Source of the DNA: Spirochaetia bacterium
GTDB lineage: Bacteria; Spirochaetota; Spirochaetia; SZUA-6; Bin103
Direction: 5' to 3'
Length of the DNA: 64,000 nucleotides
Assembly: GCA_965203055.1 (NCBI GenBank)
Contig: OZ241863.1
Location: 4,257,813-4,321,812 of the forward strand
Shown one piece after another: positions 63,217-64,000 of the stretch; the first letter of the stretch is position 1, and every line of letters starts with the position of its first letter. The position numbers were made by a program, and so were the translations under genes. The notes under the pieces are model-generated. The model worked only from the letters and a program-made list of their open reading frames with translations, did no database searches and was not told the origin of the DNA.

Positions 63217-64000
63217 TTAGCCGAGCGCCAGTTCGCGCACCAGGATGCCGCCTGCGGCGGCCAGCACGAACCAGCCGAACGCGGGCCGCAGCTTGGCGCC
63301 CGGCACCAGCCGGCTCAGCCGGCTGCCGAGCAGGATTCCGGCCACCGCCAGGGCGGTGAACGCCAGCAGCAGGCCCCAGTCGAAGCGGCTCTCCCGGCTG
63401 AGGTCGCCCAGCACGCCGAACAGCGACTTGGCGGCGATGATGGTGAGCGAGGTGCCCACCGCCACGCGCATCGGCAGGCGGGCGAACACGGCCAGGGCAG
63501 GCACGATGGCGAAGCCGCCCCCGGCGCCCACCAAGCCGGTGAGCACGCCGATGACCGCGCCTTCCAGCACTACCAGCGGGACGCTGACCTCGAACGGCGG
63601 GACGCCGGCCTTGGCGGGAGCGGCGGCAGCCGCGCTCCGCGCGGGCGGCGGCAGCTCGACCGCCGCGGCCACTGCGGCCCCGGCGCCCCCGTTGCCCGCG
63701 GCCGGCGCCGCAAACCGGGGCCGCGCGATCATCGACAGCGCGCTGAGCCCCATGATCACCGCAAACAGCACCAGGATGAACAGCTCCTTGCTCACCTCGA
63801 CCCCGGCCACGCTGCCGAGCTGCGCGGGGATGGCCGGCACCAGCCAGCGCCGGGTCAGGAACACCACCGGCAGTGATGGAATGGAGAACGCGAGCGCGGC
63901 GCGGACGTGCACCAGCCCGCGGCGCCAGTAGCTGGCCGCGCCCACCACGCTGGTGACCCCGACCACGAACAGCGAGTACGCGGTAGCGGTGACCGCGTCG
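63217..64000 (-). CDS. Sulfite exporter TauE/SafE family protein (5' end outside the window)
   Basis: TM-rich. GAGGGFAIVPAL, ...VAVGTSL... The reading frame stays open to the window edge. Confidence 0.7.
   Translation of the reverse strand, partial: DAVTATAYSLFVVGVTSVVGAASYWRRGLVHVRAALAFSIPSLPVVFLTRRWLVPAIPAQLGSVAGVEVSKELFILVLFAVIMGLSALSMIARPRFAAPAAGNGGAGAAVAAAVELPPPARSAAAAAPAKAGVPPFEVSVPLVVLEGAVIGVLTGLVGAGGGFAIVPALAVFARLPMRVAVGTSLTIIAAKSLFGVLGDLSRESRFDWGLLLAFTALAVAGILLGSRLSRLVPGAKLRPAFGWFVLAAAGGILVRELALG

Noticed and set aside
1-64000. tRNA, rRNA, tmRNA or other canonical RNA genes
   Set aside because: I recognised no cloverleaf-compatible segment or conserved rRNA, tmRNA or RNase P signature in the intergenic regions. 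This is a visual scan only and should be confirmed with tRNAscan-SE and Infernal.

Overview
High-GC (about two-thirds G+C by eye) bacterial chromosomal segment, read by eye from the sequence and ORF track; no searches were run, so product names rest on motifs I recognise. About 60 coding regions can be supported. The housekeeping and metabolic backbone has four Cys-type (CxPxR) sulfatases, two PhyH-type dioxygenases, two aldo/keto reductases, a Zn-dependent alcohol dehydrogenase (ADH), a ureide-pathway cluster (puuE-alc-allA), an orphan molybdopterin hydroxylase large subunit, an SsuABC-like ABC transporter, an OppDF-like ATPase pair, ThuA, an ADP-ribosylglycohydrolase fusion, a BASS symporter, and an envelope operon (ABC ATPase, two FtsX permeases, a LolA-like protein, a beta-barrel OMP) that implies a diderm cell. 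Selfish or defence-type genes are unusually dense between these: a split OLD/PARIS-like ATPase plus Toprim-like pair, three Uma2 nucleases, decayed FRG and YhcG genes, AAA/PD-(D/E)xK fusion ATPases, intact hicAB, a higB remnant with an intact antitoxin, a decayed IS3 element, a Fic protein, and two copies of a ~1.55-kb HNH-endonuclease unit, each bounded by the same 13-bp direct repeat. The two HNH units are inverted and bracket ~42.5 kb. The most unusual structure is at 2.1-7.1 kb. A ~300-bp non-coding repeat occurs four times plus stubs and carries an identical promoter-like module. It scaffolds a cassette-like array with a Uma2 gene, two reciprocal FRG gene fragments and three small membrane-anchored coiled-coil proteins built from NKRF(E/D)DM heptads with repeat-number variation. 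Other points are a C14 homopolymer inside the 5' end of a GT39-like glycosyltransferase gene and several low-GC islands of decayed foreign DNA. I saw no rRNA, tRNA or CRISPR array.
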